A DNA stretch of 64,000 nucleotides from Squalus acanthias (taxonomy: Eukaryota). Location: assembly GCA_030390025.1 (NCBI GenBank), contig JASTWF010000070.1, forward strand, positions 62,001 through 126,000. Reading direction: 5' to 3'. Below are positions 12,591 through 25,727 of the stretch, one piece after another; positions within the stretch are counted from its first letter, which is position 1; every line of letters begins with the position of its first letter. A program made the translations under genes and the position numbers. The notes below the pieces were generated by a model. The model searched no databases. It was not told the DNA's origin and was given only the letters and a program-made list of their open reading frames with translations.

Positions 12591-12680
12591 CTTGCTAAAT
12601 GGCTTACATGCTCAGTCGATATACAAGGCTTAAGAATGCATTGATGTGCGTGTGTATGTCTGTGTTTATATGTGGGTGAG

Positions 12681-12816
12681 NNNNNNNNNNNNNNNNNNNN
12701 NNNNNNNNNNNNNNNNNNNNNNNNNNNNNNNNNNNNNNNNNNNNNNNNNNNNNNNNNNNNNNNNNNNNNNNNNNNNNNNNNNNNNNNNNNNNNNNNNNNN
12801 NNNNNNNNNNNNNNNN
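12681..12816. other. Assembly gap (N run)
   Basis: 136 N. Confidence 1.
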
Positions 12817-13566
12817 TATTCACGGGATGTGGGCATCGCTGGCAAGGCCAGCATTTATTGTCCATCCCTAGTTGCCCTTGAGAAGGTGGTGGTGAGCCGC
12901 CTTCTTGAACCGCGGCTGTCCCGTGTGGTGAAGGTGCTCCCACGGTGCTGTTAGGGAGGGAGTTCCAGGATTTTGACCCAACGACGATGAAGGAACGGTC
13001 GATATATTTCCAAGTCAGTATGATGCGTGACTTGGAGGGGAACTTGGAGGTGATGGTGTTTCCATGCGCCTGCTGCCCTTGTTCTTCTAGGCGTATGTTT
13101 AAGTGTGCATGTATTTGTGTGTATGTGTTTGTGTGTATGTGTGTATGTAAGTGTGTGTATGTGTTTGTGTGTATGTAAGTGTGTATGTGTTTGTGTGTAT
13201 GTGTTTTTGTATCTGTACTTTTCTGTGTGCTATAACGAGACGCTGCTGCAATCTGTCTACACCACTAAGCAGCGAGCTTGGCCCTCCGAACAGGCAAACA
13301 GCTTTTTCATTGAGGTCCCTTGCAGATTCTTCGCTTACCGGTAGGGGCGCCATAGCAGCGGTTTCCATTCTCTTAAAACAATGACCTGGGGCCATTATTC
13401 GGAACTATGCCCCTTGACGCTGGAAATACTTCTCCTAGCAGTTGGCGCATGACGAAAGGGCTGATTGGATTGATTCGACGTGTCAACCAATCAAACTGTG
13501 CAGTTGTCTGAATGGATATTTGATTTAAAAAACAATCTTGTTGGTTTCTAATTTGAGATTATTTAT

Positions 13567-13738
13567 TGAGAAGTCGCACAACACCAGGTTATAGTCCAAC
13601 AGTTTTATGTGAAATCACAAGCTTTCGGAGCTGCTGCCCCTTCGTCAGGTGATTTCAAATAAAACTGTTGGACTATAGCCTGGTGTTGTGCGACTTCTCA
13701 CTTTTGTCCACCCCAGTCCAACACCGGCATCTCCGCAT
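13567..13738 (-). mobile_element. Palindromic Penelope-like terminal-repeat element with a hammerhead motif
   Basis: About 45-bp inverted arms (13567-, -13700) around cac-CTGACGA-aGGGGC-agca-GCTCC-GAAA-gctt-gtg on minus. Confidence 0.65.
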
Positions 13739-14119
13739 CGAGATTATTTATGAGTAATATCCGTCTACTGTTGCCTATAAACAGGAAGCCAGTCCCGTGT
13801 CTTATGGAGAACGTGTAAGCTGATATAAACATGATTTAAATATCAATATATTTCCCTGTTTTAGTATGTTTTCCAGGCTCGGGGCGGCCCGCGTGACCAG
13901 ACTCGACCCATCGTTGGATTTTGTTGCATTGAAAATGTCATCAAAAAAGAAGGCGGGGAAGAGACTCGAACTCGAATGGGTTCTATCAGATTTACGAAAG
14001 AATCCACAGCAGGTGGAAACTGTAATTTAACTTGCAATGTAAAGCCACAGAGACTCTCAACAAACACCTAAACTAACTCAAACTGAGGAGCTTCAGATGA
14101 TTAAAGTTGATAGAAAATA

Positions 14120-14580
14120 GACAGACTTGCATTTCTATAGCGCCTTTCACCACCACCGGACGTCCCAACGCGCTTTACAGCCAATGAAGTACTTTCTGAG
14201 GTGTGGTCACTGATGTAGTGTCGGAAACGCAGCACCCAATTTGCACACAGCAAGCTCCCACGAAGACCAATGTGATAATGAACAGATCATCTGTTTTCTA
14301 GTGATGCTGTTTGAGGGATAACTATTGGCCAGGTCTCCAGGGTGAACTCTCCTGCGTTTCCTTGAAATATTGCCATTGCATCTTTTACGTCAACCTGAGA
14401 GGGCAGACAGGGCCTCAGTTTAATGCCTCATCTGAAAGACGGCACCTCTGACAGGGCAGCACTCCCTCAATACTGCACTGGGAGCGTCGGCCTAGATTTT
14501 TGTGCTCAAGTCTCTAGAATGAGAGTGGAACACACAAACTTCTGACTCAAAGTAGAAGGTGCTACCAACTCGACCACAGC
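14120..14580 (-). mobile_element. Deu-domain tRNA SINE
   Basis: Same family as 1645-2290; other copies near 17200-17560(-), 24340-24775(-), 53385-53630(+), 60245-60420(-). Confidence 0.85.
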
Positions 14581-14894
14581 TGTCTCTCCTTTAAATAGAG
14601 AGAAAAACATTCCTCTGGTGGGAGGAGTCCAGAACAAGGGGGCATAAACTTAAAATTAGAGCCAGGCCGTTCAGGGGTGATATCAAGAAGCAGTTCTTCA
14701 CACAATGGGCATTGGAAATCTGGAACTCTCTCTCCCAAAAAGCGTTGAGGCTGGGGGTCAATTGAAAATTTCAAAACTGAGATGGTAGATTTTTATTGGG
14801 TAAGGGTATTAAGGGTTAAGGAACCAGGGCGGGTAGATGGAGTCAAGGTACAGATCAGCCGTGATCTCATTGATTGGCCTCCTCCTGGGCCTCA

Positions 14895-15430
14895 TAAGAA
14901 CATAAGAAATAAGAGCAGGAGTCGGCCATACGGCCCCTCGAGCCTGCTCCTCCATTCAATAAGATCATGTCTGATCATCGACCTCAACTCCACTTTCCCG
15001 CCCTACTCCATATCCTTTGATTCCCCTAGAGTCCAAAAATATATCTATCTCAGCCTTGAATATACTCAAAGACTGATCATCCGCAGTCCTCTGGGGTAGA
15101 TAATTCCAAAGATTCACAACCCTCTGAGTGAAGAAATTCTTCCTCATCTCGGTCTTAAATGGCCGACCCCTTATCCTGAGACTATGCCCTCTAATTCTTA
15201 ACACTCTAGCCAGGGGAAACTCTTAGCATCTACCCTGTCAATCTCCTTCAGAATCTTGTATGTTTCAATGAGATCCCCTCTCATTCATCTAAACTCCAGA
15301 GAGTATAGGTCCATTCTACACAATCTCTCATCATAGGACAGCCCTCTCATCCCGGGAATCAATCTAGTGAACCTTCGTTGCACTGGCTCCAAGGCCAGTA
15401 TATCCTTCCTTAGACAAAGAGACCAAAACT
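14895..15430 (-). mobile_element. CR1 LINE 3' fragment
   Basis: RGHSLRIRGRPFKTEMRKNFFTQRVV; CR1 tail. Confidence 0.9.
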
Positions 15431-16204
15431 TAGCACAGGAGGCCAAAATTGTGCACAGTTTAGTGGTTGATCTGAAAGTCGGCAGATCTGACAGTGCATC
15501 GCTCCCTCAATACTGCACTGGGATTGTCAGCCTAGATTTGTGTGCTCAAGTCTCTGGAGCGAAACTTGATCCCACCACTGTCTGACTCAGACGTCTCTCC
15601 TTTGGATAGAGAAAAAATATTTCCTCTGGTGGGGGTAGTCCAGAACAGGATCCTGACCTTAAAATTAGAGACAGACCGTTCAGGGGTGATGGCAGGAGGC
15701 ACTTCTTCACACAAAGTGCCGTGGAAATCTGGAACTCTCTCCCCGCAAAAGCCATGAGGTTGGGGCTCAACTGATAATTTCAACTCTGAGATTGATAGAT
15801 TTTTGTTGGGTAAGGGTATTAAGGGTTACGAAACCAGGGCGGATAGATGGAGTTAAGTTACAGATCAGCCGTGATCTCATTGAATGGCGGAACAGGGTGG
15901 AGGAGCTGAATGGCAACGTCCTGTTCCTATGTTCCGATCTCTATGCACTCGCCAGGATTTACGTAGAATGTATTGCTTTTTCAAACACCGTTAAGCGTAT
16001 TCTAAAGATGATCCAGCGTATCAGTACGATGGCGGTGTGCAACTAACTTGAAACAACCAGGACTTTCTGGTGTCGCACTTTTCTGCACTTTCTGCCTTGA
16101 CTGGTGACACTGTAGCAAGTTAGTGACCAGTTTGTTGGAAATTTCCCGCAAGGAAATTAAAAAAAGTTTTCCTAAAATAGAACAATGCACTAGAAGTTTA
16201 AAAT

Positions 16205-16670
16205 CATAGAATCATAGAATGGTTACAGCACAGAAGGTGGTCATTCGGCCCGTCGAGACCGTGCCGGCTCTCCACAAGAGCACTTCTGCTAGTCCCACTC
16301 CCCGTGCCCTTTCCCGATAGCCCTGCAAATTTCTTTCCTTCAGATACTTTTCCAATTCCCCTTTGAAAGCCACGATTGGGTCTGCCTCCACCACCCTTTC
16401 AGGCAGTGCATTCCAGATCCTAACCACTAGCTGCGTAAAGAGGTTTTTCCTCATGTCGCCTCTGTTTTTTGCCAATCACCTTAAATCCGTGTCCTCTGGT
16501 TCTCGGTCCTTCTGCCAATGGGAACAGTTTCTCTCTATCTACTCTGTCTAGACCCCTCACGATTTTGAACACCTCTATCAAATATCCTCTCAACCTTCTC
16601 TGCTCTAAGGAGAACAAGCCCAGCTTCTCCAGTCCATCCATGTAACTGAAGTCCCTCATCACTGGAATTT
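16205..16670 (-). mobile_element. CR1 LINE 3' fragment
   Basis: LGLFSLEQRRLRG..RTRGHGFK. Confidence 0.9.
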
Positions 16671-18584
16671 ATGAATTGTTATTTTGTAATTAGATTCTGT
16701 CATGATTTTTAGGAATGAGAAGAGAATTTATCCCAGCGAGATGCTGGATATGATAAATATGTGTCCAAATATCCTACCTCCTAATTGGCCATCAGGTCCC
16801 TCAAAGAATTTCTTGATTTTAGTAGATATTTATGTTGGCCGCTAGGGGCGCTGTGTCGCGAGTTTCCATTCAGTGTATATTAAAACCAGTGCCCACCATT
16901 CGGAGTACTGTGCATTCTGATCAACTTACCTTAGGCTAATTAAGTAAACGGGACTAATTGATTAACGGGATATTAATTTTGCTTATTTCTTGAGCGGTTT
17001 TGTTCACGCCCGTTATATTTCTGAAATAAAGGTTGGGAAACCATGTTCTTCCCCAGAGTACAGTCGTGATTCACACTGAAGTAGGATAAGTAAACCACTG
17101 CATGTTCAGGTGTTAGCAGTGGTGCAGTTGTTATCACTCTCGCCTCTTGACTTGGAAGTTTGTGGGTCCAACCCCCAGCCCAGATTTCAGGATGTCCCAA
17201 AACGTTTAGAGACAAGGCTGTACTTTTAAAGTGTAGTCACTGTTGTAATATAGGAAACGTTGCAGCCATATTGCGCACAGCAAACTCCTACAAACAGCAA
17301 CGATATGGTTTCCAGATAATCTGTTTTAGTGATGTTGGTTGAGGGATAAATTTTAACCAGGTGAACCCCAGCTCTTCTTCGAAATAGGTGCCGTGGGATC
17401 TTTTACGTCCACCTGAGAGGGCAGATCGGGCCTCGGCTTAACGTTTCATCCGAAAGGCGGCACCTCCGACAGTGCGGCGCTCCCTCAGTACCGGCACTGG
17501 GTTATCAGCCTGGATTATGTGCTGTGGAGTGGGACTTGAACCCACTACCTTCTGACTCAAAGGCGAGCAGGACAGGTAGTTATATTCTGTAACTGCTGAA
17601 TTGCACAATCTCCAAACAGAGATATCAACCACAAGGCCATTTGAGGACAGAAAATCCACCACTGAACCGACCAACACCCGGCCATACTTCTGAAGGCCTG
17701 AACCCCTCCGATGATACCTGGGAGAAGATTTCTAAAAATTGTTCTTGTGATTAAAATGCAATCCACAACAAATGAATGCATACTGTACGCGTGTGTTTAA
17801 AGACAACCTACACCTTGTGCAATAGAAAATGTTGCAGAAATCTATTCTATTCCACAATTTAAGAAATATCCAGTAATGACACATTGCAGTCAGTCGAATG
17901 TATTTTAAGTATGACTGGAATTGTTGGTAACCATGTACTGCTGGAGCTTGCTTGATGGTGTAAGGGAGTTGAGGAGAAATTTCCAGAGACCTTTTCTTCT
18001 GAAATGTGTTAGTTAGCATCACTGGCAGTTGTAAAGGGAGGTTTACATCTAATGGATCTGCTTAGCATTACCTGATGATTGAAACACACCTTTCTTTTAA
18101 TTCATGATGGTTTTGTGTGTAACCATTGCTTGCATTTAATTGAAAAATTTGTTGTCGCGAACATTCTTGATTGAATGATGCGTATTCCCCAATTTTGGTT
18201 TCTAGAATCATGATTAAGTTTTTAGATGTGTGTGAATCACAATATCAAAGCAAAATTGTAAACTATGTCTCATTGTACTTCCTGCGCATGTTCGCTGAGC
18301 TATCAGAGAGAAAGAGAAAGAGAGAGAGACAGAGAGAGAGAAAGAGACAGTCAGAGAGACACAGTGAGAGAGGGAGAGTTGCTGTCGTTTGCGTCAGGCA
18401 TTCTAGTTGCTGTAGTTCGTACAGAATCTTTTAAAATAGACTCTGTAGACTGTTTGCTATACAGCGCTGCTTAAATAAACTCTGTTTGCTGAGCAAATAA
18501 GGTTTGTTTGCTGAGCAAATAAAGTTTGTTTGCTGTAAAATAGGCTGTTTCCTGTGAGTCCTGCCTTAAGTCCCGATCCAACTC

Positions 18585-19530
18585 CAACAACAACTGGTAT
18601 TTATACAGCGCTTTTAACGTAGTAAATGTCGCAAGGTGCTTCACAAGAGCATTTTCAGAAAAAAATTACTCCAAGCCACGTAAGAACTAACGATATATTA
18701 GGGCAGATAACCAAAAGGTTGGTCAAAGAGGTAGGTTTTAAGGAGCGTGTTAGAGGAGGAGAGAAAGATAGGGAGTTGGAGAGGTTCAGGGAGGGATTTC
18801 CAGAGCTTAGGGCCCAGGCAGCTGAAAGCACAGCCGGCAATGGTTGAGATATTATAATTGGGGATGTTCAATAGGCCAGAATTAGAGGAGCACAGATATC
18901 TCGGAGGGTTGTGGGACTGGAGGAAATTACAGTGATAGGGATAGTGAGGCCGTGGAGGAATTTGAAAACAAGAATGAGATATTTAAATTCGAGGTGTTGC
19001 CTAAACGGGAGCCAATGTAGTTCAGCGATCGCAGGGGTGATCATTGAACAGGTATTGTTTAGAATTAGGACACGGGCAGCCGAGTTTCTGATGACCTCAA
19101 GTTTAAGTAGGCTGGAATGTAGGAGGCCGGCCAGAAGTGCTTTGGAATATTCAAGTCTAGAGGTCACAAAGGCACGGATGAGGGTTTCAGCCGCAGATGA
19201 GCTGAGGCAAGGCCGGTGATGGGCGATGTTACAGAGGTGGAAATAGGCAGTCTTAGTTATGGTGCAGATATGTGGTCCGAAGATCATCTCAGGGTCAGAT
19301 ATGACAACAAGGTTCTGAACAGTCTGGTTCTGCCAGGGAGAGGGATGGAGTCCATGGCGAGGGTGCGGAATTTGTGCCGGGGACCAAAGACCATGGCTTC
19401 GGTCTTCCCAATATTTAGTTGGTGTAAATTTCTGCTCATCCAGTGCTGGATATTGGACAAGCAGTGTGACAATTTAGAGACAGTGGATGGGTCGAGAGAG
19501 GTGGTGGTGAGGTAGATCTGACACAGTGGT
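18585..19530 (-). mobile_element. L2 LINE 3' portion
   Basis: AYFHLCNIA..AETLIRAFVTSRLEY..LHWLP motif typical of L2 RT C-terminus. Confidence 0.9.
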
Positions 19531-19561
19531 GTCAATAGATGCGCTGACTTGGCTATTGGCC

Positions 19562-21640
19562 ATAGAAAATAGGAACATAGAAAAATAGGAGCAGGAGTAG
19601 GCCATTCGGCCCCTCGAGCCTGCTCTGCCATTCAATATGATCATGGCTGATCCTCTATCTCAATACCATATTCCCGCTCTCACCCCATACCCCTTGATGC
19701 CTTTTGTTTCGAGAAATCTATCTATTTCCTTCTTAAGTATATTCAGTGACTTGGCCTCCACAGCTGTCTGTGGTAGAGAATTCCAATGGTTCATCACCCT
19801 CTGAGTGAAGAAAGTTTTCCTCATCTCAGTCCTGAATGTCCTACCCCGTCTCCTGAGACTGTGACCCCTCGTTCTAAACCTCCCAGCCAGGGGAAACCTC
19901 CTCCCTGCATCCAGTCTGTCTAGCCCTGTCAGAATTTTACACGTTTCAATGAGATGCCCTCTCATTCTTCTCAACTCTAGTGAATACAGGCCTAGTCGAA
20001 CCAATCTCTTCTCATACGACAGTCCTGCCATCCCAGGAATCAGTCTGGTGAAGCTTCGCTGCACTCCCTCTATGGCAAGTATATCCTTTCTTAGACAAGG
20101 AGACCAAAACTGCACACAGTACTACAGGTGTGGTCTCACCAAGGCCCTGTATAAGTGTAGTAAGACATCCTTGTTCCTTTACTCAAATTCTCTTGCAATG
20201 GAGGCCAACATACCATTTCCCTTTCGAACTGCTTGCTGCACCTGCATGTTTGCTTTCAGTGACTGGTGTACAAGGACATCCAGGTCCCTTTGTACATCAA
20301 CATTTCCCATTCTATCACCATTTAAATAATACTCTGCCTTTCTGTTTTTCCTACCGAAGTGGATAACTTCACATTTATCCACCTGCATCTGCCATGTATT
20401 TGCCCAATCACTCAACTTGTCTAAATCGCCTTGAAGCCTCATTACATCCTCCTCAGAACTCACAATCCTATGTAGTTTCGTGTCGTCAGCATATTGGAAA
20501 TATTACAATGATTCCCTCATCCAAATCATTGATATATATTGTGAATAGCTGCGGCCCAAGCACTGATCCCTGCGGTACCCCACTAGTCACTGCCTGCCAC
20601 GCCGAAAAAGACCCATTTATTCCTACTCTCTGATTCCGCTCTGTTAACCAATTTTCTATACATGCCAGTATATTACCCCTAATCCCACGAGCACACATTA
20701 GCTCTTATGTGAGACTTTATCAAAGGCCTTCTGAAAATCCAAATACACCACATCCACTGGTTTTCCCTAATCTATTCTACCAGTTACATCCTCAAAAAAC
20801 TCCAGTAGGTTTGTCAAACACGATTTCCCTTTCATAAATCCATGTTGACTTTGTCTAATCCCATTGATATTTTCTAAGTGTCCTGTTATCACATCCTTTA
20901 TAATAGACTCCAGCATTTTCCCTACTACTGATGTTAGGCTAACCGGTCTGTAGATCCCTGTTTTCTCTCTCCCTCCTTTTTTAAATAGTGGGGTTACATT
21001 TGCCACTCTCCAATCTGCAGGAACTGTTCCATAATCTATAGAATTTTGGAAGATGACAAACAATGCATCCACTATTTCCATGGCTACCTCTTTTAGTACT
21101 CAGGGATGCAAATTATCAGGCACTGGGGATTTATCAGCTTTCACTCCCATTAATTTCCCCAGCGCTATTATTTTACGAACACTAACTTCCTTTAATTCCT
21201 CCTTCTGACGAGACCCTTCGTTCTCTAGCATTTCTCGGAAGTTATTTGTATCCTCTTCCGTGAAGACAGAACAAAAGTATTTGTTTAATTGCTTTCCATT
21301 TCCTTGTTACTCATTATAAATTCTCCCGTTTCTGACTGTAAGGGATCTAAATTTGTCTTCACTAATCTTTTTTATTTTTGCATAATTGTAGAAGCTTTTA
21401 CAGTCCGCTTTTATGTTCCTTGCAATTTTACTCTCATACTCTATTTTCCCCCTCTTAATCAATCTCTTGGTCCTTTTTTGCTGAATTCTAAAATGCTCCC
21501 AATCCTCAGCCTTGCTACTTTTACTGGCAACTTTATATGACTCCTCTTTGGATCAAATACTATCCTTAATTTCTTTGTTAGTCATGGTTAGGCCGCTTTT
21601 CCTTTTGTGTTTTTGCGCCAGAAAGGAATGTATAACTGTT
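19562..21640 (-). mobile_element. CR1 LINE, 5'-truncated, decayed
   Basis: [27 protein letters not shown]-terminus, with frameshifts. Confidence 0.95.
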
Positions 21641-24600
21641 GCATTCTATGTGGAACTACAGTACCCAAAGTGCAGTGCGCTGTGTGGCCAGTTCTCTGCA
21701 ATGATGGGTTCTCAAATCAGCTGTGTCACTGTCAGCAGTGACAAAGCTCTTGGTCCCTGTGCAAGGTTGAGAGAGCAGCTTCAGTCACAGCACCAAAGCC
21801 CCTTTAATAATGCTAACAGACCAGAGGAATCAGTGATCCGTTCAAGCGCAGAAACAGAACCAAGCACCTGGGTATCACCGAAAAGCCTCTTGTCCAGGTG
21901 AGAACCTATCCCTGCCGGAATTCAGTGCCGGCTACTCCAGGGGTCGAGAACTTCTTCCGGCCACTCTGTGTGTTTTTCTAAGAAACAGGGAAATATCTAA
22001 CTTCACAAATACACAATTCAGATATTTATTTATGAAACAGAAAAATATTATTCCTTTGACGCTAATATCTGGAGACAACCCGTTTATTAACAATTTAATG
22101 CATTTTCTTTCGCCCTCAAGTAACTGACACCAACCAGTTTCAATCTGACTTTTAAAAACATGAACCAAGACTCAGTGTGGGGAGTTAGGGATTGACTCCA
22201 AACAGGGGAAGTGTTCAACATCACAGAGCCCCAGAAACAACTGACCCCGCCGCTTAATAATTCAACTGGAACAGGGTTTAAAACGGGAACTGCGCGCATT
22301 AATCGGACTCGCAGTGAATTAAAGGCAAGGTGTCATTTTATTAATATTGTGCCAAGTTTAATTTGTCCTCCTGTGTTTTAAATGGGGCGACTCAGACTAT
22401 AATAGAACAACTTCTCTTTAATCCTGGGCAGGGTGTAAAATGCCGCTTTCTTCTCCTCTTTCTCATTCATCTAATTCGCTCTTTACTCCCCCTCATGAAT
22501 ATTCTCATCAGAATGTTATTTACCGACTGAATCCCAAGTCATACTTATCAATTGAAACCCCAATTTTAAATGGATTGACGAATCCAGGGTTGTCTGGCTG
22601 CTAATAAAGAGAAAGGGACGTCAGTCTATTATGAAATATGTATTTTAGGGGAAAAGTTTATTTTGAAATCTGATGCAGTATATCGGAGAGTAACAGCGCG
22701 TTATCAGAACAATTCCGGCCGAAGTGCATCAGCTTACCCGCCCAGGTAAGCAAAGTTCCGGCATTGACTCCAAAGCGAAAGGACAATCCGGGAAGTGTGA
22801 ATCCGGCGGAATGACACTCCTGTCACTTAAAGTGCTCCATTTGTTCAATTCCCCCGCAAATTTCTGAACATTTCAAATTTCAACTGCAGGTTGCGACACT
22901 GCATGGATCCCAATCTGTCCCTAGCCCTTCTCTAAACTTCTCCGCGTTTCTCTCCACCTTTAAGACCCTCTTTAAAACCTACCTCTTTGACCAAGCTTTT
23001 AGTCACCTGTCCTAATATCTGCTTATGTGGCTTGGTGTCAAATTATGTCTGATTTACGCTCCTGTGAAGCACCTTGGGACGTTTTACTACGTTAAAGGCG
23101 CTATATAAATGCAACTTGCTGTTGGTGTTCTGTAATCTACATATAGTGCTCTTAGAATACTTTATTGACCGAGCAATTCATTCCTGAACTCAATAAGACC
23201 TGGGAGCTGTATTGGAGGATTGCATGGGAATAAGATGGGTGGGAGACGGTGGGGGATTTAATGTGAAAATGGGGTAACTCCACCCCAAACTATTGCTTAA
23301 ACTCCTGCCGCCATATTTAAGCTCTCAGGTGGGTAACCTCATTATAATATCTAAATCAGGTTCCCACAGTGCAGTTGGGTGCCAGACTTAAATTTTAACA
23401 GCTGGGAGCCGGGTTTCCCGGTGCTCGGGAAATCAAACAGCGAAATCTCCCCTTAACCTTCTCTGCTCTAAGGAAAACAATCCCAGCCTCTCCAGTCTCT
23501 CCACATAAGTGAAGTTCCGCATCTCTGGTACCATTCTAGTAAATCTCCTGCGCACCCTCTCCAAAGTCTTGACACAAATGTTAAAGTGCGGTGCCCAGAA
23601 ATGGCCACAATACTCCAGCTGAGGCCTAACCAGAGTTTATAAATGTTTAGCATAACGCCCTTGCTTTTGTAATCTATGCCTTTCTTTTAACAGCCTTCTC
23701 AATTTGTCCTGCCACCTTCGAAGATGTGTGTACCTGAACCCCAGGTCTCTCTGTTCCTGCACCCGCTTTTATTAACTGAAATGGAGCTATAAACCCTGTC
23801 AACATGTTTCCAGAAACGTGCACTTTACTCGTAATAATTAATCATTCTTCACGTTTCCTTCTTTCCATATTAATCTCTGGTTGTGATGATTTAGTACATG
23901 TCCCCTTCCCCATTGCTTCATTTCTACTGTACAATTTCCTTCTACGTAAGTAGATGCAATGTATTCAGATGTATTATAACATTAGGTAGTATGATAAATA
24001 CTGTAAGAAACAAACTAATAGCAGCTCTGGGTAACACCTAAATATGTAACAGTAACCTTGTTTACGCACATAATTTGTATTGGGTATCTATCCTCGACCC
24101 ACTGCATTTTGCTGGAGGAATCATCCAGCTTTTATCGGGAGAGGTTGCTGTGGATTCGGTCATGCGTTCTGTTTGCTGTATTTCACAGCGGCTCTTTTTA
24201 AATAGACTCTGTAGACTGTTTGCTGTCATGCGCTGTTTAAATAGAATCTGTTTGCTGAGTATATAGAGTTTGTTTGCTGTAAGGTAGTCTGCTTGCTGTG
24301 AGTCCTGTCTTAAGCCCCGCCCTGCCTCCAACAGCAACAACAACTTTTATTTCTACAGCACATTTAACGACCACTGGACATCCAAACGCGCTTTACAGCC
24401 AATTAAAGACTTTTTCAAGTGAAGTCGCTGTTGCAATGTTGAAAATTCGGAGCAAGCTCCCACAAACAGCAACGTGATCATCTGTTTTACTGATGTTGAT
24501 TGAGGGATAAATACTGGCCTCAGGACGCGGGGGAAAACTCCCCTGTTCTTCTTCGAAATAATGCCATGGGAACTTTTACATCCACCTAAGAAGGCAGGCA

Positions 24601-25707
24601 GCGCCTCGATTGAAAGTTTCATCTGAAAGAAGGCACCTCCGACAGTGAAGCGCTCCCTCAGTACTGCACTGGGAGTGTTAGCTTAGATTTTCGTGCTCGG
24701 GGCTCGCAGAGTGGGACTTGAAACCCCGCCCCTCTGACTCAGAGGCGAGGGTGCTACAGACTGAGTCACAGCTTCAACGTAGCACTTTCAACGTAAAAAA
24801 CCTCACAAAGTGCTTCACAAAGCGTTATCTAATAGGACACCGAACCACATAAGGAGACATTAGGACAGGTGAAGGAGGAAGGTTTTAAGGAGCTTCTTAA
24901 AGGAGCTAAGGCAGGTAGAGAGGCGGAGACGTTTAGGGAGGTAATTCCAGAGCTTAGGGCCTTGGCAACTGAAAGCTCGGCCGCCAATGGTGGAGCAATT
25001 AAAATCAGGGATGCTCAAGAGGTCAGAATTGGAGGAGTGCATAGATCTCGGAGGGTTGTAGTGTGGGAGGAGATTTCAGAGCTAGGGAGGGGGGCGAGGC
25101 CATGGAGGGATTTGAAAACAAGAATGAGAGTTTTAAAATCGAGGAAGTTCTTAACCAGGAGCCAATGTATCTCAGCGAGACCGGGGTTATGGGTGAACGG
25201 AACTTGGTGCGAGTTCAGACAAGGGCAGCAGAGTTTTGAATGACCTCAAGTTTATGGCAGGTAGAAAGTGGGAGGCCGGCCAGGAGTGGGTTGGATTATT
25301 CAGGTCCACAAGTTACAAAGGCACGGATGAGGCTTACAGCAGCAGATGAGCTCAGGCTGGGCGGAGTCGGGCGATGTTATGGAGGTGGGTACAGTGCTGG
25401 CGCGGATATGTGGTCGGAAGCTCCTTTCAGGGTCAGATGTGACTAAAAAGGTTGCGAACAGTCTGGTTCATTCTCAGCCAGTTGCCAGGGAGAGGGATGG
25501 AGTTATTGGCGAGTGAGCCGAGGTTGTGGTGGGGACCGGTCTTCCCAATATTTATTTGGATGAAATTTCTGCTCATCCATTACTGGATGTCAGCCAAGTA
25601 GTGTGAAAATTTAGAGACAGTGGAGGGGTCGAGAGAGGTGGTGGTCAGGTAGAGCTGATACAGTGATGTCAATAGAGAAGCTGATCTTGGCTATTGCCCA
25701 ATGTGGA

Positions 25708-25727
25708 ACTACAGTTCCCAAGGTGCA
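25708..25727 (+). promoter_or_regulatory. ZNF143/Staf (SBS)-like composite motif ACTACAGTTCCCAAGGTGCA; second copy at 21655-21674
   Basis: Matches the ACTACAnnTCCCAnnATGCA consensus. Confidence 0.55.

Noticed and set aside
14440-15930. Repeated SINE-head plus CR1-tail composite (14440-14880 and 15485-15930)
   Set aside because: Old local duplication of repeat fragments; no sign of function
22087-22299. Near-identical ORFs (MRAVPVLNPVPVELL..) at 22087 and 26081
   Set aside because: Explained by the segmental duplication; no recognisable domain or exon structure
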